Source: a virus
Taxonomy: Duplodnaviria > Caudoviricetes
Strand: one strand, 5' to 3'
Virus record (IMG/VR): IMGVR_UViG_3300029998_000597
Length of the DNA stretch: 64,000 nt
The position numbers were made by a program, and so were the translations under genes. The notes below the pieces were generated by a model that worked only from the letters and a program-made list of their open reading frames with translations, was not told the DNA's origin and ran no database searches. Shown here piece after piece: positions 19,201-28,780 of this stretch; position 1 is the stretch's first letter; each line of letters opens with the position of its first letter.

Positions 19201-19259
19201 TATTAAGTGATATGAAAGATTCTATAATAACTGGTATAAATAATAATATTAAAATATGA
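16218..19259 (+). CDS. Baseplate tube-initiator-like protein (gp48/gp54-like core) with an inserted OmpA-like peptidoglycan-binding domain
   Basis: IMWFPPYDIKFTDQSSTSWNSDNFIGRGEPVYTY...RSGTLSFKL and LRIGDFYNTKVIFDNLNIDF core motifs. OmpA-like KIEINGYAS...NVELSKNRGKVVENWL...ERVV. Confidence 0.7.
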   Translation: MLGKDINSVSPKLRDNLLMQTIGKYPMVTVPLINPIGTSVDIYNSVPILKSYIAPDGLLTHTNNTINNDFYSEYRNLDSNVVEYIKTKNIYTKDNTYLDKTSKSIAQQSANAVLGYLFGDTVGVSITGNNTFNISSSYEIGNTLAGMAAGVALGTESKLGTIALRSLGLTLANSVLNKTRQNEDLFGWIKQPLSYLDAVDKLDTEKLNLSSGLSNIIGGYFPIYLYSEIKKDGGDDFNIYKNDYTWTNFSSGKYAFNINHPGSIIDTSNIITNKQSLLYKTQQMFISGKIKTLVTDYERNDGEIGTITKGRALKNKDGINYSRIWTANNQYNNIKNLIRPFNSDTENTQILEKDLKRVRPGANALKTFGVLQDDGFVKISPYKDFNSKTDVHKYMLSIENLAWKQKSGFLDTLIQGSSQDGPNGGRIMWFPPYDIKFTDQSSTSWNSDNFIGRGEPVYTYLNNERSGTLSFKLIVDHPSILNYYKQKDPSGINIKDDDYLRFIAGVDVIDLENDIKVENTTPIPVTPVKETKTNTFTFKIYFPNNFSGIDYTDPRDVMNYLYSGNGCNWSGGNGYEIFTGDWYGLSSETESPCQNNKYYYKVDSAYENQGLTPLTNYKDINANGLNSKKNENETYSFYDLITTFGNIDANNNSADQSILDVLKTITKIEINGYASNQGSSSQNVELSKNRGKVVENWLKKYINLYNPNIKKENITSKGVFKTVKTTNKDTNSLEMKKERVVLVRLTTSSETVFNAPDKTSYSSIKDIISAKPQSSTTTRKKVDMYGYSASNPSNGSNSKLYNDEAQFFEKLGGDKGGTGDFILNKFSEKIKYFSPAFHSTTPEGFNSRLTFLQQCMKQGNTDTNNNTTLGANLAFGRPPICVLRIGDFYNTKVIFDNLNIDFEPLVWDLNVEGIGVQPMLANVNLSFKFIGGSDLTGPIARLQNAITFNFFANTGVYDDRNDRFITDEQTGQSTNNYYPLYNPGVYDDQNLNTALLSDMKDSIITGINNNIKI

Positions 19260-19573
19260 GTATAGATAGATACAAGCAATTTAGAATAAATGGAATGACA
19301 AAAAACATCCCATTTATTAAATTAAAATTTAAAACATCCGATAAAATAGAATATTATAAATTAGGTACATCACGAATGGATTTAATTTCTTATAAATACT
19401 ATCAAGACGCAAGCTATGGCTGGTTAATAATGTTAGCGAATCCAGAATATGGTGGATTAGAATTCAATATTCCAGATGGTGTTCCATTAGTAGTTCCATT
19501 TCCACTTGAAACATCGATTACTCAATATAATTTTGAAATTGATAAATATATTAGATATTATGGAATTGTATAA
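19256..19573 (+). CDS. Baseplate wedge LysM-like protein (T4 gp53 / P2 gpX-like)
   Basis: RMDLISYKYYQDASYGWLIMLANP signature. Confidence 0.85.
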   Translation: MSIDRYKQFRINGMTKNIPFIKLKFKTSDKIEYYKLGTSRMDLISYKYYQDASYGWLIMLANPEYGGLEFNIPDGVPLVVPFPLETSITQYNFEIDKYIRYYGIV

Positions 19574-19622
19574 TTCTTTAAATAGCACAAAAATAAACTA
19601 TAATATTATTAAAACCAAATAA

Positions 19623-22600
19623 ATGTCAGATTCACCAACAATTGGAAAAGTTTTATATTTCGATCCAAACAACAGCATTGTAGATATAAATGGAAATATA
19701 AGTGATAAACCATCTGATCTAATGCAAAACCCAGAAGATCTTTGTATTGGGGTTGACTTACAGGTAACAGTTAAAAATCAGAGTAATATAACTTCAAGTG
19801 ATAAAAAAACAACTTATAATTTAATTGGTCCGAATACTAAAATAAATTTTTTAGAAGGTGAAAATTTGGGTGGCGTAAATGTACTAACTGATTTTTTTGC
19901 TAATTTAGGCGATAAGGATAATGATGTTGAAAATATTCATGAGGCAATGTGTGTTAGTTCAATTGATATTGAATTTAGTTCATGGTATGCTGCATCGGTT
20001 GTTATTAATTTTACAGATGTTAGGGGTGCGTCCCTAATGTCATCGGCTGATTATGTGGATACTTTAAAGGATAGTAATTTAAGTGTTGGTGATAAAAATC
20101 AAAGTCTATTTAAATCATTTTTTGATTTTCCATATCCAATATATATCTTAAAGATTAAAGGGTTTTATGGTGATGCCGTTTCTTATCCTCTACATTGTTC
20201 TGATTTCAAAGCAACTTTTAATGCAACAACAGGTAATTTTGATATAGTTGTTAGTTTCATTGGTTACACATACGCAATGCTAAATGATGTACAAATGTCA
20301 TATTTAATGGCTGCTCCTTATTGTAAATTTGCTGGTGCTGGTTCTGATTATTGGGATGCTCAGGTGGCTAATGGTAGATTTTTATCATCGGATGGGTCAC
20401 CATTACCCAAATTAGTTTCATTGATGAATAAAGTCAAAGAAGGTGATTATCAAATAAAAAAAATATCGCAAAATTCAGTTTCAAGCGGGTTACAAGAAAA
20501 AAAGAACGAACGAAATATGCTATTTGATATTAAGGATAATTATTTAAAACCTTATTTATCTGAAATAAAAACAACTTACAATAGTGGTATTTATGATTAC
20601 GAACTTAATTTAGTGAATATAAATTCAAAAGCAGCTACCTTAATAGATGGGACGCTAAACAATATATTAAATACACAAATAGATAATATAGATAAAAAAA
20701 TACTTGAATATAAAGAAATATTTCCAACATCGATTGTTTTTAATTCATATAGTGGTAAAAGCTGGTTAAAACCAAAAAAATCGAGCGATGGTAATTTTGA
20801 AGTTATATTTAAACCAATAGGCGTTGCAATGGTTGATTTAAATAATAAATTAACCGAACAAATAGCCGACCTAAGTAATTTATTAAACAACGAAAAAAAC
20901 AATAGTCTTACTGAGGTATATGAAATGAAACCAAATATATATAATTATTTTAAGGTGTTGGTTGCTCATATGGAAACATTTTATAATCTGATTTATATTT
21001 GCAAACATAAAATCCCTGAAGATAGACATTTTGATAAAAATATGGGTTTAAATTCAACAGATTTAAAAATTAAATATGATAAACAAGGGCAACCAATTTT
21101 ATCTCCATTTCCTTGGTATTCACAACTTGGAAAAGATGGTAGAATGGAAGATGCTTGGATTGGAGAAGTTGCGCCTAATTTATTAGAAGTTGAACTTATC
21201 GATGCGTTAATAAATGCTAAGACAGATATACAAAAAGAATTAGATAAAATAAAAGTAAATGAAGTAATAAAAGAACCTAATAATATAGACCCAAAGGCTA
21301 CTGTTACGATTGGTGAGCTTTATTATCCAATGAATGCATTTGATAATACAATTAATTTAATTGGAGGAAAAACAGAAAACCCATATAAAGATTTTAAAGA
21401 AAATGATATAAATACTATTTATGATCGCTTATTTTTAAGAACCTATATATCTAATTTATTATCTGGGGCTGCTACACATGTGGATTATAATCAAAATTTT
21501 GCATTAGCAGAATCAAGAAATATATTTGAGGAAGTTGGTGGAAATACTTTTAAATTAGAACAAATTCAAAATCAAATAAGAGTATTAGATGGTAAGACGG
21601 TTACCGATATGAGTAAATATAATAATACTTTTAGGGATAAATGGGCAAATACAGATAAATGGGTTTCAAAGTTTTTACCATTATTTGAAGATATTAATGT
21701 TAATTACACTTCTTATGGTAAACAAGTTGATTTATTAGAAAAAAGAAATAAACATTGGGTTTCGTTTGATCCAGATTATAATGGACAATTATTTAAGAAA
21801 CAAACTAATTTTTCTATTGTTGAAGGTACAGAAAACGCAAATAAAATAACAAACGATTATTATTTAAAAATTATTAATAATATTAAAAACAGTGGTCAAA
21901 ATTTTGATAAAATAATGAATAACTATTATTTTATTGATGATAAAAATGACCCAATTTCCTATAAGTATATAGGGGGTGATAGCTCAGGCACTAATATATT
22001 TAATAAAATATGTGAAGCTAAAAGACATCCACTTGATAATGTTAAGGCTAAAGAAAATTCAGTAAATACAAATGCCTTTATTGTTTACGATAAAGCTAAA
22101 ATAAATCCAAAGTTTATATATCAAGAAAGTATTAATTTTGATACTTTATATAATATTTATTTACCAGCAGGAGGAAAAATATTAAATAGTAATTCTGATA
22201 TATTTAAAAACTATCAAAAAAGTAAAGATCCTTCAGTGTCTAATAATTATTCATACCCATTTATTGGTGGATATTATTTTGATATTCCGTTTTCGCTTTT
22301 CGGTCATCCTTTCTATTATAATCAAGCTGGAACTTTTAATACATCCAATGATAAAAACTTACAAGTATCCGATTTTCATAAGGCTATATTATTTTTAAAT
22401 TCATTGAATATTAATGTAAAAGAAACTGAATCTTTATTTTTAGAAAATAAAAATAATGGGGTTTACAATTCAAGTAATTATTTAAATAGAGCTTCATTTA
22501 TGGCTCGTTTACCAAAAGCTTCTATATTATTAATAGGTGGAATGCTTTGGCAATTTAATAATTCATTTCCTTTTAAAGGATTAAAAGGTATTAAATTACC

Positions 22601-25430
22601 AAATAGAAATCAATATTTTAAAAAAAATAATTTATTTACATTAATAGGAGAGGAACAAACTAGTGTTAATTATGAAAATTGTAATTTATTTTTTAAAGAT
22701 GAAAACAATCAATCAGTGGATAAATATAAAAGTATATTTAGTGTAGCTGAAGAAGATTTTCTAATTAAGGAATTTACAAATTGGGCAATAATTGATTGGC
22801 AAAAAATTAAAAATCAATTTGAACTAAGAATTAAAACTAAAGACGTTAACACAAATAAGACAGTTATTGGGCCACGGGGCTTGAAATCTTTAGTAGAAAA
22901 TATATCAGAAATTTATTTAGAAAATAATATAAGCAATTTATATAATTATATTAATATTTCTAATAATAATTTTATTGAAAGATCAAAAGAGATAGAAAAA
23001 GAACATTCAAGTCAATATAAAGCTCTACAGGTATTAGATTTTTTAATTTTAATTAATAAAGATGATACCGTTGGAGTTAAAACAATTATTAATTTATTAT
23101 TAACAGACTGCGTATTAGCATATAGTGGAAACAATATGAATGGTAATATTATTAATGTTAGCACTATGCAAAAAACAATGCTGTCTACAATAAACAACAA
23201 TTTAGGTAGTATTAAAAACCCATCAGTTCAAACAGCACTCGGCATCACGAATATTAAAAATTCAGATAAAAAAGGTATTGCATCGATTGATTATAATCCC
23301 GATATGAAATTAGCTGTTTATTCTTATATAAAAACACTTAATGATAAGTGGGTTAGTGGATTTTCCGATCCATCTGAATACCAATGGATAACAAGTAAAA
23401 AAGATATTAACACAAAAGTTAGTCAATTTAAAGCACTACCAAATGTTGTTGGCGATTATTATATCCGAAATTTTAGGTTCATTGATAGGGCACATAATGA
23501 TATAGGTGTGGATATGTTAATAAATTATAGACAATTATTTGATTTAATAGATTCAAACACAACCCAGAAAACGTTATTTTCAGCGATGACAGATGTTTTA
23601 CAACAAAATCAAATGTTATTTTTACCAATGCCAAGCTACCAATCATTTGATAACGCAAAAGATTTTAGTAAAATATTTAAACCAATACCATTTGTTGAAT
23701 CTAAATTAATGACTAATGATGTTGATTATGACACATCAATGTATTTATGTATGTATGCTGGTAGACCATCAAGTAAATTAGATCAAGGAAAAAATGGAAT
23801 GTTTGATAATGATGGGTATTCATTTAATAAACCACATGAATTACCAAGTGATTATAAAACACACGATAATAATCAAGAAGAACAAGCTCAAGTACCAGCA
23901 ATTGCTGTAAACTTTGGTCAACAGAATCAACAATATTTTAAAAATGTGCAGTTGAATATGTCAAATCCGAATACGACAGATGCATCTATTAGAATTCTTA
24001 AAAATTTAAATGACAGAGCAAGTCAAAACGCAACGGTAGAACCAATCGGACAAGATTTATTTAGTTTATATAGTCAATATTCATATTCTTGTGAAGTTGA
24101 GATGATGGGTTGTCCTCAAATACAACCAATGATGTATTTCCAATTGAATAATATACCAATGTGGAATGGTGCATATATGATTTTTAAAATAAAACATTCA
24201 ATTAAACCTGGAACTATGACAACAAGTTTCACAGGTATGAGAATGGCAAAAACTTATCCAAAATTGATATCACAAAATGCTATTTCCTTTAAATTAGTTG
24301 GTGATTTAGAAAATTATGGGAATTTTACCGTACCAGTAGAGGGTAAAGATGAAGATAAATTTACAGATATAACAGCACCTGAAAACTCCAAATTAAAGTT
24401 TATTGATGGAAATCATTTCTTTGTAAAGGATTATTTTGTTTTTGGTGGAGAAGGATTGAAAGGTAAAAAAGTAACGGAAAAAGTTTATAATAGGATTAGT
24501 TATTTATCGCAGGTAGTTGAAAAAATTTATTCTGAATGGACAGGATTAGGATATAATTCATTTAATATATTATCAGCGTTTAGGGATAAACTAATTAACG
24601 GAAATAATGGATCAGCACATCTAATGGGTTTAGGTGTGGATATTCAAATACCGACAGATACATCAAAGGATGCTCAAAACTCTTTATTTTCATATATTCA
24701 AACAATGATGACAAAAGGATTACCTATTGACCAATTAATATTAGAAACTCGTAATAGTACATCTTATTTAATACATATTGGGTTAGCATCACAAACAGGT
24801 AATAAAAATGATGATAATAGAATACCAAAAATAGAAAGTAGTAGGTATGTATCTCGCGGAGAAGTTAAAACAATTAATTATAAAACAGATAATAATAAAT
24901 ATACCGAATTAACGAAAATACCTGAAGCTATGTGGCCTCAAACAGGTGAACAATCGATTAAAGATACAACAAAACCAACAAATACAAAAGACGTACAATT
25001 ATATGTAAAAACAACATTAAAAAATAGTGGGTTAAGTAAATTTCAAGTGGCTGGTGTAATGGGTAATATTTACCAAGAGAGTACTTTTAATTTAAACGCA
25101 AATCCAGCGACAACAGCCCATAATATGTATTATGGTTTAATCCAATGGAGTTTAGCATCATACAATCAAGGTGGAACATATGAAGGGTTAAAAACAAAGG
25201 TTGGTAATACAAAAGAATCACAAATGACATATTTGATTAACCACACAAATGGTTATTCTAATTTCGTTAACTTAAGTCAATCAAGTAAAACCCCAGAAGA
25301 AGCGTCGTTGATATTTTCAAATAAAGTTGAGATTTGTGGTAAATCATGTGTAAATGCGGATAGAGATGCTTTTTCTCGAAGTTTTTATCAAAGATTTAAT
25401 GATCCTAATGATTATTTATATTGGGGGTAA
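19623..25430 (+). CDS. Baseplate hub / tail-associated lysin, 1935 aa, with peptidase M15 and phage tail lysozyme domains
   Basis: Hub motifs (LKIKGFYG...FNATTGNFDIVVSFIGY; YSCEVEMMGCPQIQPMMYFQLNNIPMWNGAYMI..IKHSI). M15-like SAFR...SAHLMGLGVDIQ...DQLILE...IHIG. Lysozyme-like QVAGVMGNIYQES...YGLIQW. Confidence 0.8.
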   Translation: MSDSPTIGKVLYFDPNNSIVDINGNISDKPSDLMQNPEDLCIGVDLQVTVKNQSNITSSDKKTTYNLIGPNTKINFLEGENLGGVNVLTDFFANLGDKDNDVENIHEAMCVSSIDIEFSSWYAASVVINFTDVRGASLMSSADYVDTLKDSNLSVGDKNQSLFKSFFDFPYPIYILKIKGFYGDAVSYPLHCSDFKATFNATTGNFDIVVSFIGYTYAMLNDVQMSYLMAAPYCKFAGAGSDYWDAQVANGRFLSSDGSPLPKLVSLMNKVKEGDYQIKKISQNSVSSGLQEKKNERNMLFDIKDNYLKPYLSEIKTTYNSGIYDYELNLVNINSKAATLIDGTLNNILNTQIDNIDKKILEYKEIFPTSIVFNSYSGKSWLKPKKSSDGNFEVIFKPIGVAMVDLNNKLTEQIADLSNLLNNEKNNSLTEVYEMKPNIYNYFKVLVAHMETFYNLIYICKHKIPEDRHFDKNMGLNSTDLKIKYDKQGQPILSPFPWYSQLGKDGRMEDAWIGEVAPNLLEVELIDALINAKTDIQKELDKIKVNEVIKEPNNIDPKATVTIGELYYPMNAFDNTINLIGGKTENPYKDFKENDINTIYDRLFLRTYISNLLSGAATHVDYNQNFALAESRNIFEEVGGNTFKLEQIQNQIRVLDGKTVTDMSKYNNTFRDKWANTDKWVSKFLPLFEDINVNYTSYGKQVDLLEKRNKHWVSFDPDYNGQLFKKQTNFSIVEGTENANKITNDYYLKIINNIKNSGQNFDKIMNNYYFIDDKNDPISYKYIGGDSSGTNIFNKICEAKRHPLDNVKAKENSVNTNAFIVYDKAKINPKFIYQESINFDTLYNIYLPAGGKILNSNSDIFKNYQKSKDPSVSNNYSYPFIGGYYFDIPFSLFGHPFYYNQAGTFNTSNDKNLQVSDFHKAILFLNSLNINVKETESLFLENKNNGVYNSSNYLNRASFMARLPKASILLIGGMLWQFNNSFPFKGLKGIKLPNRNQYFKKNNLFTLIGEEQTSVNYENCNLFFKDENNQSVDKYKSIFSVAEEDFLIKEFTNWAIIDWQKIKNQFELRIKTKDVNTNKTVIGPRGLKSLVENISEIYLENNISNLYNYINISNNNFIERSKEIEKEHSSQYKALQVLDFLILINKDDTVGVKTIINLLLTDCVLAYSGNNMNGNIINVSTMQKTMLSTINNNLGSIKNPSVQTALGITNIKNSDKKGIASIDYNPDMKLAVYSYIKTLNDKWVSGFSDPSEYQWITSKKDINTKVSQFKALPNVVGDYYIRNFRFIDRAHNDIGVDMLINYRQLFDLIDSNTTQKTLFSAMTDVLQQNQMLFLPMPSYQSFDNAKDFSKIFKPIPFVESKLMTNDVDYDTSMYLCMYAGRPSSKLDQGKNGMFDNDGYSFNKPHELPSDYKTHDNNQEEQAQVPAIAVNFGQQNQQYFKNVQLNMSNPNTTDASIRILKNLNDRASQNATVEPIGQDLFSLYSQYSYSCEVEMMGCPQIQPMMYFQLNNIPMWNGAYMIFKIKHSIKPGTMTTSFTGMRMAKTYPKLISQNAISFKLVGDLENYGNFTVPVEGKDEDKFTDITAPENSKLKFIDGNHFFVKDYFVFGGEGLKGKKVTEKVYNRISYLSQVVEKIYSEWTGLGYNSFNILSAFRDKLINGNNGSAHLMGLGVDIQIPTDTSKDAQNSLFSYIQTMMTKGLPIDQLILETRNSTSYLIHIGLASQTGNKNDDNRIPKIESSRYVSRGEVKTINYKTDNNKYTELTKIPEAMWPQTGEQSIKDTTKPTNTKDVQLYVKTTLKNSGLSKFQVAGVMGNIYQESTFNLNANPATTAHNMYYGLIQWSLASYNQGGTYEGLKTKVGNTKESQMTYLINHTNGYSNFVNLSQSSKTPEEASLIFSNKVEICGKSCVNADRDAFSRSFYQRFNDPNDYLYWG

Positions 25431-25449
25431 TAATAATCCCTGAAACCAC

Positions 25450-25480
25450 TTGTTTTTCTCATATTTTATATGTACATTTG
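25450..25480 (+). promoter_or_regulatory. Bacteroidota-type promoter TTG-N20-TACATTTG
   Basis: cTTGtttttctcatattttatatgTACATTTG, upstream of the ATG at 25505. Confidence 0.85.
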
Positions 25481-25504
25481 TTTGGAATCATAAATAAGTT
25501 TTAA

Positions 25505-26110
25505 ATGTACATCGGTAATATAGTTTCATTGGTTGAATCAAACACCAACCAATTATTTAATTTAACAACAGATATAAATAATATAGACTCAGAACTCCCA
25601 ACACTAATAATAGGTTGGGAGTTTACAAAGTTGATATATGGAGAGAATAAACCATCCATATTAGAAAAGAAAATAGAAAATAGGTTATATTGGACATTTT
25701 CAAAAAAAGAACGTAGGGTAGATTACGAAGAAGATTATAAATCATTTATTGAAAACTGTATTGAATATGCATCCACCAAAATAGAGTATCACTTTTTAAA
25801 TGTATTAACAGATAAAAAAAGTTTTATTAAAAAACTTATTAAGAACCTTACTTCTACAAAGATTTTTTCTATTTATATTAAAAATAATTCATTTATATAT
25901 ATATTTGATGAAACAAAAATAATAGGGGTAGATTTCAATGCTATTGATTTTTTGAAAATAGATCGCAAAAAAATTTACCGAATACTATATCATAACAAAA
26001 ATAATTTATTCTTTAATTCGGATTTTTTAGATAAGGAAATAAGTATAAATATTCAAGTTAAAAATAATAAATTAATACCGTACCTATATAAAGTAATAAA
26101 TAATGGATAG
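25505..26110 (+). CDS. Phage hypothetical protein
   Basis: 201-aa ORF after a host-type promoter. Confidence 0.75.
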   Translation: MYIGNIVSLVESNTNQLFNLTTDINNIDSELPTLIIGWEFTKLIYGENKPSILEKKIENRLYWTFSKKERRVDYEEDYKSFIENCIEYASTKIEYHFLNVLTDKKSFIKKLIKNLTSTKIFSIYIKNNSFIYIFDETKIIGVDFNAIDFLKIDRKKIYRILYHNKNNLFFNSDFLDKEISINIQVKNNKLIPYLYKVINNG

Positions 26111-26525
26111 TAATAAAAAATGTATGTTAATAGCAACCTTTATACCAAAATTAAAGGTTGAGTCGTTTATCGGTTATGTAAGTAAAAAATTCAATATAAA
26201 AAATGAATTTATATTTATATATGAAATTGAGGATAACGAATTTGATTATTTACTTACATTTAAATTGAAAAATGATAAGCGAATTGATTTAAAATTTCAC
26301 TTTACAAACGCAACAATAGTTAACACTAAGTCTGGTTGTATTTTTTCGATTAATGGATTAAATAGATTAATTGAAGGTGAAACAGGTTGTGATATTGGGA
26401 ATACAATTTATTCCAATCATCAAATAAATTGGGGGGATTATAGTGGAAAGCTTATATTATCAAATAAAAGCCAGCTTTCAATCAAAAATATTAAAAAAAT
26501 TGATATAAAAACTACAATTATTTAA
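26103..26525 (+). CDS. Phage hypothetical protein
   Basis: 140-aa ORF overlapping the previous gene by 8 nt. Confidence 0.75.
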   Translation: MDSNKKCMLIATFIPKLKVESFIGYVSKKFNIKNEFIFIYEIEDNEFDYLLTFKLKNDKRIDLKFHFTNATIVNTKSGCIFSINGLNRLIEGETGCDIGNTIYSNHQINWGDYSGKLILSNKSQLSIKNIKKIDIKTTII

Positions 26526-26534
26526 TTTTTTATA

Positions 26535-26542
26535 TATTTATA
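26535..26542 (+). promoter_or_regulatory. Putative late promoter TATTTATA
   Basis: Intergenic, upstream of the 26590 and 26819 ORFs. Confidence 0.5.
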
Positions 26543-26589
26543 TTAAATAACAAGTTCATCTATATTCGATGAATATAAAATTATATATT

Positions 26590-26805
26590 ATGGCAGTTAA
26601 AATTATAACCAAACAAATGCATGAAAGACTTGATTCTTTTATTCAAAATGTACCAGCAAATAATATTAAACCATTAGAAGTAGTGGCTAACGAACAACAA
26701 ATCGTTCCAACCAAGAAGACATTAAAAAAAACAGATGGTCTAATTGAACGTATAGATAGTAAAATATTTATTACAGAAGATAATCGTCAGCTACTCCAAG
26801 ATTAA
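26590..26805 (+). CDS. Hypothetical late protein
   Basis: Preferred start is the ATG at 26590 (MAVKII...). The ORF track starts at 26569. Confidence 0.65.
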   Translation: MAVKIITKQMHERLDSFIQNVPANNIKPLEVVANEQQIVPTKKTLKKTDGLIERIDSKIFITEDNRQLLQD

Positions 26806-26818
26806 TATAGTTAAAATT

Positions 26819-27559
26819 ATGAAATATAGAGAACTAAACGAAAACGAACTTAAATCCGTTAAGAAAAAATTTGGAATGATAACAGAATATTCATTTATTA
26901 CAAATCGAGATGATATGTTATTAGATGAAGATGATGAAGACCCTAATAATAATCTTCCTGTACTAGATCAAACACAAGATGCAGTAACGCCAACAGAGCC
27001 AGCAATGATTGACCCAGCTTCATCAGCACCAGCAGACCCATCAATGGATTTACAACCAGAACAGCCAATTGAAGGACCACAAGCTCCAGATCCAATGGAA
27101 ATGCCACCAATGGATACGGCACCTATTGAAACACCAGAAGTTGAAGTTGATGTCACACAATTAACCCAAGATCAAAAACAAGTTGATGATAAGGTTAGTT
27201 CATTAGCAGATCAAACATCTCAAATGATGGAGTTACTTGCTTCTATTACGGATAAAGTAGATGGTATTACATCTAAAATTGACAGCGACACCGAAGCTAT
27301 TAGACAGGAAATTGAAAAACGAAATCCAACACCAAAAGAAGTATTACAAAAACGTCAAACACTTGGTGATCCATTCAATCAAACTCCAGAGGATTTTTGG
27401 AATCAGAAAGAAGAAGAAGGGCAATATGAATTGAGTGATGATAAAAACCTTGAAATTAAGCCATCCGACCTCGATGATAATGCAATGAATGTTTACAAAA
27501 GCTTTGGAATTAAAGATAATGAAGTAAACCAATCACTTAAAGGTGTAATGGGATATTAA
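26819..27559 (+). CDS. Acidic Pro-rich coiled-coil protein (candidate prohead core/internal protein)
   Basis: Low-complexity P/D/E segment, a central coiled coil, and ELNE/MITE/LLDE motifs. Confidence 0.6.
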   Translation: MKYRELNENELKSVKKKFGMITEYSFITNRDDMLLDEDDEDPNNNLPVLDQTQDAVTPTEPAMIDPASSAPADPSMDLQPEQPIEGPQAPDPMEMPPMDTAPIETPEVEVDVTQLTQDQKQVDDKVSSLADQTSQMMELLASITDKVDGITSKIDSDTEAIRQEIEKRNPTPKEVLQKRQTLGDPFNQTPEDFWNQKEEEGQYELSDDKNLEIKPSDLDDNAMNVYKSFGIKDNEVNQSLKGVMGY

Positions 27560-27592
27560 ATTTAATATAACCAAAATAAATTCAATCCACAC

Positions 27593-27623
27593 TTGCTTTT
27601 CTCGTATTTTATTGGTACATTTG
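27593..27623 (+). promoter_or_regulatory. Bacteroidota-type promoter for the replication operon
   Basis: cTTGcttttctcgtattttattggTACATTTG. Confidence 0.85.
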
Positions 27624-27645
27624 TTGAGAAAGTAGGAGAAAAAAT

Positions 27646-27680
27646 AACACCGATTACATAATTAATGGTCGGTGTTTTTA
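27646..27680 (+). promoter_or_regulatory. Hairpin in the 5' leader of the SSB gene
   Basis: aacaccgat / gtcggtgtt stem just downstream of the promoter, followed by a T run and then an almost G/C-free tract up to the ATG at 27713. Confidence 0.55.
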
Positions 27681-27712
27681 AAACTTAAAATAATAATTTA
27701 AATTAAATAAAA

Positions 27713-28684
27713 ATGAGTGAAAATGTAAATGCATTTGATGCAAAACGAAATGAAATTAAGGCTTCCAAACCGAAGGCTTATGAAAAAAAAGAGGTTAAAT
27801 ATAGTGAGAAAAATTATTTAGACACCCGAATCACCAAAGGTGAGAAAAAAGAGTTACAATTTAGGTTAATCCAACTATCAAACGAATCAGACGAAATTTT
27901 TGAAGAAGTTTTTTTTCATTGGGACAGCAACGCAAAAAAGTCATTCGTATGTGCTAAGCACACTAAAAACGTTCCAGAAGGAACTGAAAAAGAATGTCCT
28001 TATTGTGATTTAGAAGAGGGTTATTGGACTGAATATAATATAGAAAAGAATAGGCCAGTAAAACCAAATAATATCAATGAAATTGAAAAAGATGTTATTT
28101 ATAAAAATGACTTAAAAGTGGATAGTGCTAAAAAATCCGCATTGGCAAATAAAGCACAAGCAAATTTTGTTTTTAGGGGTATTGAAAGGGTAACTACCAA
28201 AAATGAAGTCTTAAATGAATCTAAATTTTGGAAGGTATCAGAAGCTGTTTTGGATAACATTGGTACTATTAAAGATCAGAATATTAAATATAAAATCGAT
28301 ATTTTTGATTTAAAAACTGGAAAGGATTTATTAATCACGTATGTCCTGAAAGAAAAGAAATCTAAATACGGTGGTTTAACATCTGATATGGTTCAGACAC
28401 CACTTAGCGAAGATGAGTCAGAAAGTAAAGCATTTATTGAAAATGATTTAAAGTGGTATCAGGTATATACAATTAAGAGTTATGATTATCTTAGTTTAAT
28501 TATTAATGGAAAAACACCTTGGTTTGATAAACCATCCAACAAGTGGATTGATAAAGCCACATTAAATAGTTTAAAACCCGAAGAAGTACCAAATAACGAG
28601 GAGGATGAAGAAGAAGATGTAGAAGATGTGGTAGTTACAAAAAAAGTTTCTTCCGAATCAGAAACAGACGACTTACCATTTTAA
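27713..28684 (+). CDS. Single-stranded DNA-binding protein (T4 gp32-like)
   Basis: FFHW...SFVC...CPYC zinc motif, GKDLLITY, and an acidic C-terminal tail ending DDLPF. Confidence 0.8.
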   Translation: MSENVNAFDAKRNEIKASKPKAYEKKEVKYSEKNYLDTRITKGEKKELQFRLIQLSNESDEIFEEVFFHWDSNAKKSFVCAKHTKNVPEGTEKECPYCDLEEGYWTEYNIEKNRPVKPNNINEIEKDVIYKNDLKVDSAKKSALANKAQANFVFRGIERVTTKNEVLNESKFWKVSEAVLDNIGTIKDQNIKYKIDIFDLKTGKDLLITYVLKEKKSKYGGLTSDMVQTPLSEDESESKAFIENDLKWYQVYTIKSYDYLSLIINGKTPWFDKPSNKWIDKATLNSLKPEEVPNNEEDEEEDVEDVVVTKKVSSESETDDLPF

Positions 28685-28780
28685 GAAAAAAGATATTTAT
28701 TAATTAGCGGTAAAGCCTCTTCAGGTCATTATCTGAACGTAACCGCTTCATAGTTTCATAAATCATTAAATAAAGTTATT

